From: Octopus sinensis
Taxonomy: Eukaryota
Assembly (NCBI RefSeq): GCF_006345805.1
Contig: NC_042999.1
Location: 16,554,001-16,618,000 of the forward strand
Length of the DNA stretch: 64,000 bases
Direction: 5' to 3'
Shown: one piece after another, positions 52,328 to 64,000 of the stretch
How positions within the stretch are numbered: position 1 is the first letter of the stretch
Layout of the letters: each line of letters begins with the position of its first letter
Program-made: the position numbers and the translations under genes
The notes under the pieces: model-generated
What the model was told of the DNA's origin: nothing
Seen by the model: only the letters and a program-made list of their open reading frames with translations
Database searches by the model: none

Positions 52328-52404
52328 ATTTATTTTATAGAAGGAGCTTCTACAGGACTAGAACTCAGTTCTAGTCCTGTAGAAGCTCCTTCTATAAAAT
52401 AAAT
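52328..52404. repeat. Perfect palindrome, 38-bp arms with a 1-nt spacer
   Basis: atttattttatagaaggagcttctacaggactagaact-c-agttctagtcctgtagaagctccttctataaaataaat. Confidence 0.95.
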
Positions 52405-52472
52405 TAATTTACTCTGCTATGTATTGAGTACCTTATTTACTGTGGTTAACCCCGACTCAACCCGGGACCTAC

Positions 52473-52505
<33 letters not shown>

Positions 52506-52508
52506 ATA

Positions 52509-52562
<54 letters not shown>

Positions 52563-52564
<2 letters not shown>

Positions 52565-52950
52565 GGCGCAGGCGTGACTGTGTGATAAGAAGCTTGCTTC
52601 ACAACCACGTGATTCCGGGTTCAATCCCGCTGCGTGGTACCTTGGGCAAGTGTCTTTGGGTCGACCAAAGTCTTGTGAGTGGTTTTGGTAGACAGAAACT
52701 GAAAAACTGAAAGAAGCCCGTCGCATATATATCTATGTGTGTGTGTGTGTCTGTTTGTCCCTCCATCACCACTTGACAACCGGTGTTGGTGTGTTTACAT
52801 TCCTGTAACTTAGCGGTTCTGCAAAAGAGGCCGATAGAAAAAGTACCAGTCTGAAGAAACAAGTACTGGGGTTGATTCATTCGACTAAAAGATATTCAAG
52901 GCGGTGCCCTAGCATGGCCGCAGTCTAATGACTGAAACACGTAAAAGATA
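52563..52950 (+). mobile_element. SINE family A
   Basis: Colinear with 61453-61900. Confidence 0.88.
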
Positions 52951-53134
52951 AAAGATACACACACACACACACATAGAGGCATGTATGTTTGTATATGTAT
53001 ATATGTCAGTGTATGCGTATCTATTTTTACGTGTCAATTTCCTTTATGTACATAAGATCGAGTATTACGGGAGGATTGTTGATCCCTCGATGTTTTTGAA
53101 GCATATCTAATAAATACTTATAATAAAACATATA

Positions 53135-53605
53135 TGAGGGTGAGTCAGAAAGTAATGCCATTTTGTTTAGGACAGGTGTAATTACCAACACAGGAACATG
53201 TATCATACATCAAAATGAAGCTGGTCTTCCGCGGATCACATCCCTACTCCTCAGCATTGTCACCGTATCTCTTAATAGCAATGTACCACCTTCGAATGAG
53301 AGCATGTATCCCTGCCCCATAAAATTCTGTTAACCGTTCTTTGAGCCACTTCTTCACTACAATTTTTACTTCTTCGTCACTGGAATAATTTAGCACCTTT
53401 AGACTATCATCTCTTCGGCCCCATGAAAGAAGGTTTGAGAGGCAAACATTATTCCAGTGACGAGGAAGTGAAAACTGTAGTGAAGAAGTGGCTCAAAGAA
53501 GAGTCAACAGAATTTTACGGGGCAGGGATACATGCTTTCTCATTCGAAGGTGGAAAATTGCTATTGAAAGAAACGGTGACTATGTTGAGAAGTAGGGATG
53601 TGACC
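53135..53605. mobile_element. Mariner fold-back derivative made of two 3' ends
   Basis: Minus arm reads YSSDEEVKIVVKKWLKE...; plus arm reads DYHLFGPMKEGLRGKHYSSDEEVKTVVKKWLKE; TA plus TIR tgagggtgagtcagaaagt at the left end. Confidence 0.75.
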
Positions 53606-54217
53606 CACTTCTCAATCCCTGTGGTATTTGAACTCAAAACGTAAAGTTGTATATATGCTGCTAAGCATTTTCTGGCATAGTAACGACTCTTCTAGCTGAC
53701 CGTCTTCTGACCGTAAAATAATATGACCGTAAAATAATAAAATATGTTGTAATCGAATATAAACTAACGTAATATAATACACTGCATTATAATGTCATTT
53801 ACTATGTTATATCATATTATATTATATTATATATAACATATATCATGCTATTGATGTAGCATAATAGAAAAAGAAAGATTAAAGGCGAATTAATTAATAC
53901 TATACAAAAGCGATATATTGCGGACAAATGTGAATCTGAGGATAAAGTAAATTGTATAAATATCATTATATTAAAGATATTAACGTAAGGGAAGATAAAT
54001 CTGGGCAACATTTATACAAGAAGTTGACTGGAGAACGACTTCAGTTCGCTTGATTTGTCAGCAGAGGCTTGGTATGATGTGTTGGTCAGAGGTGCATCCA
54101 GGCAATCGAATTTAAGCCCCCGGTTCAATGAATTCCAGTATTTAATTTATAACCGGTGTTTCATGATCGGGAATGTCGAGCATTTGTTGTATGAATCGCA
54201 AATACACTGATATATGC

Positions 54218-54330
<113 letters not shown>

Positions 54331-54359
54331 GATCTATCTATCTATCTATCTATCTATCT

Positions 54360-56363
54360 TTGGCGGCGGTGTACTGCAACTGGCAGCAAAACGGGAGCAT
54401 TCCTGGTTTTGTGAGCCGAGGAGCCGTAACACTGCTGAAGAAAGATCTAAACAAGGGAAATGTAATAGATAACTTTAGGCCCATCACTCTGCTTAATGCA
54501 GACTTGAAAATTTTGGCCAAGGTGCTAGCCAAGAGGTTGGCGCTTGTCATCGAGAAACTGGTCGACAAGGCGCAAACATGCGCCGTGCCAGGCCGGACCA
54601 TCCATGACAACCTCCATCTGATGCGCTACATCATAGACAGGGTAGTTAACGAACCTGGCATGGGTGGGGCCCTGATCAACTTGGATCAATCAAAAGCCTT
54701 TGATAGGGTAGACCATCGATACTTGGAGGCAGTCCTGAGAGCGGCTGGTTTCGGTCCCGTCTTCCGCGGCTGGATAACTGCCTTGTACAGAGGCATCCGT
54801 TCGGTAATTCGCGTAAATGGACATCTATCGAGACCTTTCGACATTGCACGTTCGGTCCGTCAGGGATGCCCCCTCTCGGCGCTTCTATACGTATTGACTC
54901 TTGAGCCACTACTGCGGAAGCTGGCGACTCTAAGGGGCATCCCGCGAGAATTGGGATGCGGGACGAGCGTGTCTGCATACGCGGACGACGTCACCGTCAT
55001 AGTGTCTAGCCACGAGCACATCGAGCTGGTCGGCGAGACACTGAAAAACTACGAAGCGGTGACAGGAGCGAAAATCAACCGGGAAAAGTCAGTGGGCTTG
55101 CGACTAGGCACCTGGAGAAGCAAGCCCATGCCGTCCACCAGCGCCTCCGTCGTGGGACGCTGGACCGACGGCCCGGTTGAGTTGCTCGGGGTCTGGTTTG
55201 GTCCGGACCTCCAAGTGGAGAAGAACTGGAACGAGATAACGAGTAGGGTGGTCACTCTCGCCCGGCAATGGGCCGAGAGGAAACTGTCCCTAAAAGGTCG
55301 AGCGGAGGTGGCGAACACGTACATCGCGTCCGTCATCTACTACCGCCTGACCGTCGTACCTTGTCCCGACCCTACCATCACCAAACTACAACGCATCCTC
55401 TTTCGCTTCTTGTGGAAAGGATGCGTCCCGATGGTCAGGCGATCCATTTGCTGTCAACACCCGTTAAAAGGAGGGCTGGGCATGCCGTGGTTGATGATGC
55501 GCAGACACGCGCTGAGACTGCGACATCTCTGGCTCTATGTAGACGACGGTGAACAGGTGTGGTCGCCGTTTGTGAGGCACGCTTTCCCGCAGCTCGTCTC
55601 CATGACCGAACTGCAGTCGTGGATCAAAAAGAGGCCGAGGAAGGGCGAATGGCACCGCGAGTGTCGCGTTGCTCTCAAGCAACTCTGCCGTCCTGGGTCG
55701 ACCTTAAGTGACTTCAACACAACCAAAGCATTCTATAGGGGTTTAGTGGAGGGGAGGTACGACGACGAGCTCGGGGCGAACCTGGACGTCGACGAGGAGT
55801 ACCTGACCCGCCTGTTCGGGACGACTTTCGGGCCAGGGCCCATGGACAACTTCCAGAGATCCCTGGCCTGGCAGTGCTACCGAGAAGCGCTACCCGTTCG
55901 GGATAAGCTCTACAGACACGGCTCGAGAAACACGGGGCCGACCTGCCCGAGATGCGGTCAGAGCGACGAAACCGTTCTGCACGCACTCGTTCAGTGTCCA
56001 ACAATTTCCGACCTGTGGGCTTATGTCGAACAACTGCTGTCACGTGTGGGACGAGTCGGTTTATCAGCTGAGTCTATCGTCAATATTGTCACGCCTCCTT
56101 CCTTCAAACGGGAAGGAAGAGCTATTTTCATCATCCTTGTGGCTATGGCGAAAGAATGTATCTGGTGGACGCGTCTGAAAGGATTGGAGACAAACACTTT
56201 CCTCTCTGGTCAATCTCTCATCAACTTCTTCAAGTACCACTTGAAAAGGAAAGTGAGAGTAGAGAGGCAAGTTTTGTCTAGCGAATGTTTTAAAAAAAGA
56301 TGGGTGAATGTAGCAAGAATGGCACGTATGAATGACGAAGCCACCTTGAGCATAGTCCTATGA
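54360..56363 (+). CDS. Tx1/L1 ORF2 remnant: reverse transcriptase plus C-terminal zinc knuckle (endonuclease lost by truncation)
   Basis: FRPITLLNADLKILAK, DQSKAFDRVDH, VRQGCPLSALLY, SAYADDVT, CPRCGQSDETVLHALVQC; 667 codons without a stop. The TTG start is only the truncation point. Confidence 0.9.
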   Translation: MAAVYCNWQQNGSIPGFVSRGAVTLLKKDLNKGNVIDNFRPITLLNADLKILAKVLAKRLALVIEKLVDKAQTCAVPGRTIHDNLHLMRYIIDRVVNEPGMGGALINLDQSKAFDRVDHRYLEAVLRAAGFGPVFRGWITALYRGIRSVIRVNGHLSRPFDIARSVRQGCPLSALLYVLTLEPLLRKLATLRGIPRELGCGTSVSAYADDVTVIVSSHEHIELVGETLKNYEAVTGAKINREKSVGLRLGTWRSKPMPSTSASVVGRWTDGPVELLGVWFGPDLQVEKNWNEITSRVVTLARQWAERKLSLKGRAEVANTYIASVIYYRLTVVPCPDPTITKLQRILFRFLWKGCVPMVRRSICCQHPLKGGLGMPWLMMRRHALRLRHLWLYVDDGEQVWSPFVRHAFPQLVSMTELQSWIKKRPRKGEWHRECRVALKQLCRPGSTLSDFNTTKAFYRGLVEGRYDDELGANLDVDEEYLTRLFGTTFGPGPMDNFQRSLAWQCYREALPVRDKLYRHGSRNTGPTCPRCGQSDETVLHALVQCPTISDLWAYVEQLLSRVGRVGLSAESIVNIVTPPSFKREGRAIFIILVAMAKECIWWTRLKGLETNTFLSGQSLINFFKYHLKRKVRVERQVLSSECFKKRWVNVARMARMNDEATLSIVL

Positions 56364-56572
56364 ACCCAGAAATCGAAAACAGAGAGTTGCTTATTTGCAA
56401 AAAAAAAAAAAAAAAAAAAAAGAAATATAAAATGTGACTTCATTGACCGAGGTTACCGTGGTCTTTTCCGCAGGCTTTTCTTTCCACGGGTAAACCTCAC
56501 CTGTCCTCCCCTTTACACTTCATATTGACATTTCTGTGATAACGATCCCTATTGATCATTTTTTTTTCCTCT

Positions 56573-56605
<33 letters not shown>

Positions 56606-56768
56606 CCCCCCTTATTTTTGTCCTCTTTCTCTCCTTTTACGATCCCTTTTGATCGAACCTCTCCCTTCCTTTTTTTTTTTTTTTTTTTTTTTAATACCTT
56701 CAAAAGAAAAGCTCTACCTTGTAATTTGTTCTATCTGTGTGCAGCCCTGTGTGGCTAATAAAGAAACA
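54360..56768 (+). mobile_element. 5'-truncated Tx1/L1-clade non-LTR retrotransposon inserted in (TATC)n
   Basis: Intact ORF, a 400-bp 3' UTR with AATAAA at about 56757, and (TATC)n on both flanks. Confidence 0.92.
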
Positions 56769-58720
<1,952 letters not shown>

Positions 58721-59144
58721 TATGTATGTATAAGTATATTGCGGATAAGCCATAATAAGTTAGGAAGGAGATAGAGAGGCAGAAACGACAAAATGATACA
58801 AAAATACAGCAAATTGAATATTTAATCGATGTAATAGTTAGTTATTTCTAATATTTAGTATATCTGTCGAACGAACTCAAAAAGGCAGAATAATTCGCTG
58901 AAACTATTCAAGCAAAATTGTGAAAGTAGAGAATTCTGATCAGAATATTATTTCCTTCACCGGCGTCAAGTCTGTTGGGTCGAGCAGTTTAACCGGAAAT
59001 TAAAACTTTCTGTCAATAGAAAGAAGTGCAAGCGAGAATAGATTTCTATTTAACACCCTAACACGAAAGAAGACGGTGCTACCCTAAAACAGGGCATGCG
59101 CAAAGCTAAAGGATTAAGTTTAGTTATTTAGTTATCTATATTTG

Positions 59145-59181
59145 CATTTCGTCATCATCATCATCATCGTCGTCGTCGTCG

Positions 59182-59226
<45 letters not shown>

Positions 59227-59330
59227 ACAGCAGCAGCAGCAGCAGTAGTAGCAGCAGCGGCCTCATCATCTTCATCCTCATCATCATCGCCGTCCCCTCC
59301 TTCTCACCATCATCGTTATCATTTGTGTTG

Positions 59331-59385
<55 letters not shown>

Positions 59386-59389
59386 CATA

Positions 59390-59439
<50 letters not shown>

Positions 59440-59462
59440 TACTGCTAATATTATTATCACTA

Positions 59463-59493
<31 letters not shown>

Positions 59494-59640
59494 TATCATT
59501 ATTATTACTAAAACTATTATTACTATTATTATTATTACTATTACTATTAATACTATTATTATTACTAATATCATTATCAATATTATTATTATTATCATTA
59601 TCATTATTAATACTATTATTATTATTACTATTCTTGTCCC

Positions 59641-59693
<53 letters not shown>

Positions 59694-59770
59694 TATTATT
59701 ATTATTATTATCATTATTATTATCATTATTATTAATATTGTTATTATTATCATTATTGTTATTATTATTC
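59145..59770. repeat. Compound triplet microsatellite (CAT)/(CAG)/(TTA)
   Basis: Read directly from the sequence. Confidence 0.95.
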
Positions 59771-60402
59771 CGTTTATGTTTTTCCCCAGCAATATATTTT
59801 GACAAATATTTATCTGTGTTTGAAGATTTAAGACTCAATTTGTTTTCTGAAACTCGCCTTACAATAAACGACAATTTCAATAGAATGAGAAGAGAGGCTG
59901 CGCAGAGTAAACAGAAGGAGAAATTGAAAAATGAGTTAAATTCACGAAATATATGTAAAAATTCCTTTAGAGGTTAAAATAGAAGCTAAAAAAAACAGAA
60001 AGGAAAAATTAAACAAGAACAAAACAAAACGAAAATGATGGGCTTTCATTACTTTTAAGGAAATAATGCATTTAGATTAGATATTTCGAAGCTGTAAGTT
60101 AGTGTACATAAGAAATAGGAGTGTAAGATTTTCCTTTCAGCAAAATATTTCAGCAATGGTGCTTGCTATATGCTATGCAGATTGCTGTAAATCTGTGCTC
60201 CGCAAGTATTTTTCACTTCCGGTACACTTCTATATTTTACAAATTTCGGCAGCACACCTGGACTTAAAAAATAATTGAAAATATAAGGAGGAAAATTATA
60301 TTCAGGTTATCTAGCATCGTCTCGTTGAATACCAGTTGCGGGGTGCTGTTGTAAATCAAAGGTGAAGTCTTACACGGGTATGTCACATATAGGATTCTTG
60401 TA

Positions 60403-61258
60403 CGTGGTCTGATCGATAAGTATCAAATGGTAGCGAAACTGAAGCACGCGGAGTAAATCCACATGGCAAAAGTTGACCTTGGACCCTGCTGTGTATGCAC
60501 ACTAAGTTTTAACGTTCTAGCTCACTTTCACTTTTTACAGCAGTGCTTGGAAGGAATGTGTGTAGCGCCGACCATGAAAAAAGGAAGTTGAGCAGAGAAT
60601 CTGCATAAAATTTTACCAAAAGCTTGGTGATAGCTGCTCAGAGGCCTACGCAAAGATTTCAAAAAATGTTCAACGTTCTCGATATAATCAAGGAGATCTT
60701 GTGCAACTGAAACCCAAGTGTCTTTTTGGTGAGCTGAAAGCAGTTTTGGCACAAACTTGGCAGACACGCGTCTCATGCCCAAATATTCAGTGATAAGGGA
60801 CTGAACAGAAACATAATTAGTGTGCACATCCTCTAATAGCTCACGGATGGTGGTTCGACGATTTCCCCTCACAGCTGCACGCACATCATATGCGATGTTT
60901 TTCTCAGTTCAGCTGGTACGAGTCTCTCAGAGCGTTCGTCAATTTCGACATTATTTCAGCCATCTTGGAAATGCCTGAACCCCTCTTACACTCCTCTCCA
61001 TACACTTTCTGCAAATTTGCGTAGGCCTCTGAGCAGGTATCACCATGACAACTTTCTGTATCAAGGTCAATGAAACGGCTACACGCTACACATCTTCATT
61101 CCAAGCACCGCTGAAAACAGCCAAAGTGATCTAGAACGTTAAAACTTAGTCTGCATGCACAGCAGAGCTCAAGATTAATCTTCGCCAAGCGACTTTACTC
61201 TGAATGCTTTAGCTTCGTTACTATGGCAGCAGTTCTGATACTTATTCATCAGACTTCG
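60403..61258. mobile_element. Mariner fold-back derivative made of two 5' ends
   Basis: TIRs cgtggtctgatcgataagtatc and cgaagtctgatgaataagtatc with TA on both flanks. Plus arm reads EQRICIKFYQKLGDSCSEAYAK; minus arm reads EAYANLQKVYGEE...LGMRRVSAKFVPKLL. Confidence 0.85.
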
Positions 61259-61452
61259 TACAGCTTCAATTCTACTCAACTAATATCTACCGGAGTTCAA
61301 TATGCTACGAGAAAAGGAATAAAAAACAAAACAAAGAGAGCATGATATATACTAATGGACTAAGAAACCAAGCTTTGATGGTCTTCTATGACCAAAATGG
61401 GTTTCTGTGCTAGCAAGTATTACACAGCGATGGAAAAATTTACAGACATTTA

Positions 61453-61619
61453 TAGGCGCAGGAGTGGCTGTGTGGTAAATAGCTTGCTAACCAACCACAT
61501 GGTTCCGGGTTCAGTCCCACTGCGTGGTACCTTGGGCAAGTGTCTTCTGCTATAGCCTCGGGCCGACCAAAGCCTTGTGAGTGGATTTGGTAGACGGAAA
61601 CTGAAAGAAGCCTGTCGTA

Positions 61620-61674
<55 letters not shown>

Positions 61675-61900
61675 ATGTGTGTGTATATGTTTGTGTATCT
61701 GTGTTTGTCCCCCTAGCATCGCTTGACAACCGATGCTGGTGTGTTTACGTCCCCGGTTCGGCAAAAGATACCGATAGAATAAGTACTGGGCTTACAAAAG
61801 AATAAGTCCCGGGGTCGATTTGCTCGACTAAAGGCGGTGCTCCAGCATGGCCGCAGTCAAATGACTGAAACAAGTAAAGGAGTAAAGAGTAAAGAGTATT
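61453..61900 (+). mobile_element. SINE family A, reference full-length copy
   Basis: tRNA-like head (ggcgcaggagtggctgtgtggt...ggttccgggttcagtccc), CORE-like ccttgggcaagtg, internal (TA)n(TG)n and an aagagt tail. Confidence 0.92.
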
Positions 61901-62527
61901 TCGTACAAACTCATGCATAAGATATACTTGCTTAGGTAAGGCACATTCACCAGCTGTGTTGATAGGAATTATCATTTATAAGAATAATTCTAAGTTTTGC
62001 GTGAGAAATCCGACTGTGCGCGTATATTCTTGGCTTCTCTCTTTCAATCAGGAGAGGATTATGTGTAAGATATAAGAAAGATTAAGCAACATCAGTCACA
62101 CGACAATTTATATACAAAAAAATTTATATATAAAACGTATTGCTTTCTGAAATATGATGCACTACTAATGGTGTTTAATAACGGTACAGTTGCTTTTACA
62201 GAGGCAATACACAGACACATATATATATATATATATATTTCTGTGTTCACACACACACACACGTACACACACAAGCTAATAGAATTATAAATATTTTATA
62301 TCTTTGCTTCGTCGTCATAATTTATCTCGCTATGCATACGTTAGTGGCTTTCTGTATGTCAGGTCGTTAACTTCTCTCGTTCTGATAATAACACAAATTC
62401 ACATACGTACGGACATATGGGAAGACAATCTCTCTATACGACTGTGTACGCAGAAAAAGGACATAGATACAGACATATACAGTAACATAATCACACACAC
62501 ATGAAACGCACAGTAGCATAAACACTG

Positions 62528-62900
62528 TAGCACTCCGTCGGTTGCGACGACGAGGGTTCCAGTTGATCCGTTCAACGCAACAGCCTGCTCGTGAAATTAC
62601 CGTGCAAGTGGCAGAGTACTCCGCAGACACGTGTACCCTTAACGTAGTCCTCGGTGAGATTCAGCGTGACACAGAGTGTGACAAGGCTTGGCCCATTGAT
62701 ATACATATACAACTGAAGCAGGAAGAAAGAATGAAAGTTATGGAGAAATAGTACAGCAGAATTCGCCACTACCCCATGCCGGAGCCTTGTGGAGTTTTAG
62801 GTGCTTTCGCTCAATAAACACTCACAACGCCCGGTCTGGGATCGAAACCGCGATCCTACAACCGCCAGTCTGGTGCCCTAATCACTGGCTATTGCGTCTC
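62528..62900 (-). mobile_element. SINE family B
   Basis: Reverse complement of 37201-37578. Confidence 0.88.
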
Positions 62901-62968
62901 CACAGCATAAGCATAATCACACACACATTTATACGTATGCAAATGCATCTTTATCCACACACATATTT

Positions 62969-63012
<44 letters not shown>

Positions 63013-63013
<1 letters not shown>

Positions 63014-64000
63014 TGTGTCATCCCATGAATAATGCGTTTTTTTTATACTTCTTTTATTTTTCAAAATAAAGATACACAAAGTTCTTTTTTAATCTAAAAT
63101 ATACTCTCCTTCATTTCCTACAATACTCTTCCATCTATCTGGTAGATTTGCGAGGCCCCTTTTCCAAAATTCACTTGTCCGTGGCGAAAAATATTCTTCC
63201 AGTACTATTCTGACACCATTTTCCGTTCAAATGATTTTGAAGACTGCGGAATAAATGATATATCAGATGGGCAATGTCCGGCAAATATGATGGGTGGATC
63301 ATCGTTTCCCGTTCAAACTTCTCCAGCCTTTCGAATGTCATCCTTGCTGTATGTGGCTGAGCATTATCCTGATGGAAGAACACCTTCCATCTTGAAACCA
63401 AAGATGGTCGTTCTGTTTCCTAGCGCTGACTTAAGACACTCAAGCTGCTCGCAGATCTCCGTTGTCATAATTTGGTTTGGTTTTGAAAGCTCAAAAGTGG
63501 ACTAAACCTTTCGTATCTCACCAAACAGATAACACCTTACGTGGGTGAAGACCGTCTGTAGCCTGGGGAGCCGGCGTTTCTCCTTGCCATATCAATTTTT
63601 TCGGTGCTTGACATTTTTATAGAGAACCCATTTTTCGTCACCCGTCACTGTTCGGGCCAAAAAACTTTCATTCTTGAGACGTGACAGCAAAGAAGAGCAC
63701 ACATTCACCCTCTTCGCCTGATTAGACTCGGAAAGATTGTGAGGAACCCATGGATCAAATTTGCTGACTTTCCTGATGGCACGCAGCTGTCGATCAATGG
63801 CTGAATGACCAAACCGAAGTTTCTCTGCTATTTCCTCAATAGTTACGCTGAGATTTAGGTCTACCAGACTTTACAGGACGACCTCGTCAAGCTCTACAGA
63901 TCACCCAGGATCTTCTAGGCTGTAGTTTCTCTCTCGGAATTTCTGAAGCCACAGTTGACACTGGCTTACGTTTATTGACCGATTCCCATGTGCTGCACTA
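63013..64000 (-). mobile_element. Degenerate mariner transposon, running off the window edge
   Basis: VFFHQDNAQPHTA, HPSYLPDIAHLIYHLFRSLQNHLNG; a TIR-like end ttgtgtcatcccatgaataatgcg follows TA. Confidence 0.8.

Noticed and set aside
54350-56443. Minus-strand ORFs overlapping the Tx1 ORF, and plus-strand ORFs over the CR1 and R4 ORFs
   Set aside because: They are antisense shadows of GC-richer coding sequence with no motifs of their own.

Overview
This window is AT-rich, repeat-saturated animal genomic DNA. The SINE families look like those of octopod cephalopods (Octopus sp.); this is my recall, not a database result. No host gene can be called with confidence. Most ORFs in the supplied track are microsatellite, SINE or antisense artefacts. 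The real coding remnants are all transposon-derived: a young 5'-truncated Tx1/L1-clade LINE with an uninterrupted 667-aa RT/zinc-knuckle frame (54360-56363), a CR1-clade RT (50.3-51.8 kb), several R4/Dong-type restriction-like-endonuclease (RLE) LINE pieces that mostly abut (TAA)n, and decayed or fold-back mariner elements. Non-coding elements include hAT and Tc1/mariner MITEs, Helitron ends and about 25 tRNA-derived SINE copies or fragments. The most interesting signal is a set of at least eight minimal type I hammerhead-ribozyme-like motifs from several unrelated repeat families, sitting in Penelope-like pseudo-LTR or fold-back repeats beside (TA)n tracts. Their 3:8 core pair covaries between families (C3:G8, G3:C8, U3:A8), as expected if structure is under selection. 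Other highlights are unusual 5' junctions of RLE LINEs (a 6x36-bp reiteration and a fold-back), a Tx1 element lodged in (TATC)n, a 33-bp GC-rich minisatellite that may be an exon, and several large inverted or tandem duplications, some possibly assembly artefacts. Boundaries of degenerate repeats are approximate (tens of bp).
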